From IMG/VR virus record IMGVR_UViG_2639762982_000003: DNA of 7,334 bases, one strand, 5' to 3'. The translations under genes were made by a program, and so were the position numbers. Source of the DNA: a virus. Lineage: Duplodnaviria; Heunggongvirae; Uroviricota; Caudoviricetes. Positions 5,969-7,334 of the stretch are shown piece after piece; the first letter of the stretch is position 1, and every line of letters begins with the position of its first letter. The notes beneath the pieces are model-generated. The model was not told where the DNA came from. It worked only from the letters and a program-made list of their open reading frames with translations, and made no database searches.

Positions 5969-6176
5969 AGATTATCCAGTGACGATAATCGAGGCTGAGG
6001 GCTTTCTTAATCTCGTATCCGCGTCTGCGATAGTTATGAATTAGCCATTCGGCCTGTTCTTCAGTACATGGGTCATGCTGGAACCAGTCAGATTTGAAAG
6101 TGCGGGAACGCCGCCCGTGCCTGCTGGCAAAGACGGCAGAATCATCAGAATTGTGTAATTTGGTATCGTGCGCCAT
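5898..6176 (-). CDS. hypothetical protein (possibly Rem-like by synteny only)
   Basis: 92-aa product from internal ATG 6174-6176 of track ORF 5898..6257; the annotated first codon of that ORF lies inside a terminator hairpin. GC-rich and coding-like, but the RBS is weak and the 3' end overlaps the DUF968 ORF. Confidence 0.4.
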   Translation of the reverse strand: MAHDTKLHNSDDSAVFASRHGRRSRTFKSDWFQHDPCTEEQAEWLIHNYRRRGYEIKKALSLDYRHWIIYVRLPYSERPPHPSRTYQQRIWR

Positions 6177-6250
6177 CGGTTGTCTCTGCTGGCGCAGCAG
6201 GTGCCAGTTGTTCAGGCTGGCGTGCGAATTGTAAACCAGAATGCCAGGAA

Positions 6251-6273
6251 AAAACAAAACCCGCCGAAGCGGG
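6251..6273 (-). terminator. rho-independent terminator downstream of the lipoprotein gene
   Basis: On the minus strand: CCCGC-UUCG-GCGGG (5-bp GC stem, UUCG tetraloop; plus coordinates 6260-6273) followed by TTTTGTTTT (complement of 6251-6259). Confidence 0.6.
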
Positions 6274-6472
6274 TATGCTAAAACAAACTGAAAGTAATAT
6301 ACCGGACTTGTAAAGGAACGATAGAATAATTATTGGATTAAACCCTGACTCAATCCAGATTTCATAGACAACAACTACGGACTAATCATCACAGTCATGT
6401 TTGATAGACTTAGTCCACATTGGGTGAGGGTTTACGGCGTTTTCACTAATAATTTATCGTCCAAGCTATACA

Positions 6473-6865
6473 CTACTGCCCTGTTTTAACGAAGTTTTTA
6501 AAGGAAACAACTGCCTGATAGGGGTTTGGTTGACAGCCAAACATATTATCGCAAAAAGGCTTGATGAAAATTCTTGAGGATCCATCTTCATTTGGCATTT
6601 TACTCACTTGATAAGCGAGGAATGGACTATTTGGAGAGGGATTATAAGTGGAAATTAGCGTGTCTGTCGCCGTTTGAATTTTCCATGAGGAATTATTAGC
6701 CAACCAGAATTGCGCTCGTTTCCAATAAAAGTCACATTGCTTTTCATCATTACATGTTAGTGGCTTCATTGCTTCTGCTTTCAACGCTGGATCGACCTTT
6801 GCTGCACACCCTCCCAACATTACTGTTGCAATCATTACACCTGCAACTAAAACAAGTTTCTTCAT
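6473..6865 (-). CDS. secreted lipoprotein, AT-rich moron-like cargo gene
   Basis: 130-aa ORF with ATG at 6863-6865 and GGGAG upstream. N-terminus MKKLVLVAGVMIATVMLGGC is a classic SPase II signal with lipobox LGGC. The mature part has four further Cys in two C-x5-C pairs. AT-rich relative to flanking genes and bracketed by two similar terminator hairpins. Confidence 0.7.
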   Translation of the reverse strand: MKKLVLVAGVMIATVMLGGCAAKVDPALKAEAMKPLTCNDEKQCDFYWKRAQFWLANNSSWKIQTATDTLISTYNPSPNSPFLAYQVSKMPNEDGSSRIFIKPFCDNMFGCQPNPYQAVVSFKNFVKTGQ

Positions 6866-6920
6866 CTCCCTGCCCCATCAATAAAAGTTCGGTTCTCTAA
6901 TAACTAGAGTTAATCAACGG

Positions 6921-6938
6921 AAAAAACGCCGAAGCGGG
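6921..6938 (-). terminator. weak terminator-like hairpin downstream of hokD (degenerate copy of the 6251-6273 element)
   Basis: On the minus strand: CCCGC-UUCG-GCG followed by six Ts. Only 3 bp can pair, so function is doubtful, but the sequence is nearly identical to the hairpin at 6260-6273. Confidence 0.3.
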
Positions 6939-7008
6939 TTAAGTGCGGGTGCGTTGAGGATGCCTGACACATCAGAGGTGGCGAGGGATTTCTCCCCCGC
7001 CAGGTCTC

Positions 7009-7164
7009 TTACTCCTCAGGTTCGTAAGCTGTGAAGACAGCGACCTCCGTCTGGCCGGTTCGGATTCGTACCTCGCAGAGGTCTTTCCTCGTTACCAGTA
7101 CCGTCACTATGACGGTTAAACAGATGACGATCAGGGCGATTAACATCGCCTTTTGCTGCTTCAT
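7009..7164 (-). CDS. hokD: Hok family type I toxin (HokD/RelF)
   Basis: 51-codon minus-strand ORF not in the track (below its length cutoff): ATG at 7162-7164, TAA at 7009-7011, AGGAGA 9 nt upstream. Translation MKQQKAMLIALIVICLTVIVTVLVTRKDLCEVRIRTGQTEVAVFTAYEPEE matches the Hok/Gef family and essentially E. coli HokD as recalled. Confidence 0.9.
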   Translation of the reverse strand: MKQQKAMLIALIVICLTVIVTVLVTRKDLCEVRIRTGQTEVAVFTAYEPEE

Positions 7165-7235
7165 AGCCTGCTTCTCCTGTCAACGCAAAGCAGAAGTGTC
7201 ACCTTCGGTGCGAAACAGAGATGTCATGCTTTGGT

Positions 7236-7334
7236 TCAGAGAATGCGTTTGACCGCCTCGCTATATACTTCCGAGCGTTCTCTTTTCCCAACAGAAATCA
7301 CGAAAACGACAACTTTCTCGTCTATAACCTGGTA
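7236..7334 (-). CDS. relE: RelE mRNA interferase toxin, 3' end only (gene continues beyond the window end)
   Basis: Minus-strand translation from the window edge gives YQVIDEKVVVFVISVGKRERSEVYSEAVKRIL followed by TGA at 7236-7238, matching the C-terminus of E. coli RelE as recalled. hokD follows 71 nt downstream, as in the relBE-hokD operon. Confidence 0.85.
   Translation of the reverse strand, partial: YQVIDEKVVVFVISVGKRERSEVYSEAVKRIL

Noticed and set aside
5823-6044. Plus-strand 73-aa ORF
   Set aside because: Antisense to the junction of the DUF968 gene and the upstream hypothetical ORF; no RBS.
6177-6257. 5' extension of track ORF 5898..6257 (MFFPGILVYNSHASLNNWHLLRQQRQP)
   Set aside because: Its first codons lie within the terminator hairpin and T-run at 6251-6273, so the start was moved to the internal ATG at 6176, and even that call is low confidence.
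7031-7252. Plus-strand 73-aa ORF
   Set aside because: It is the antisense frame of hokD and its leader; the minus strand encodes a textbook Hok toxin with a strong RBS.

Overview
This window reads as the right-hand part of a lambdoid (E. coli Qin-like) prophage, with almost every real gene on the minus strand. Read 5'->3' on the minus strand it contains: the 3' end of relE, the type I toxin gene hokD (51 codons, absent from the ORF track), an AT-rich lipoprotein gene bracketed by near-identical terminator hairpins, a small hypothetical ORF, a DUF968 protein with an HNH-like Cys/His tail, rusA, and a putative Q antiterminator coupled to rusA by an ATGA overlap. Downstream of Q lie a PR'-like promoter with a tR'-like terminator, a promoter-driven array of four tightly packed tRNAs, about 650 bp with no convincing ORF but three terminators, and a lysis cassette (two overlapping holin-like membrane proteins, a T5-type M15 endolysin, a small lipoprotein). 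An AT-rich plus-strand gene with its own terminator sits in the lambda bor position, followed by a terminase-associated HNH endonuclease. No CRISPR array, transposase or rRNA was seen. All calls come from reading the sequence and recalled family motifs; no database search was run, and every coordinate was derived by hand. The most interesting regions are the lipoprotein cassette at 6251-6940, the non-coding slot at 2641-3284, the tRNA array and the DUF968 protein.
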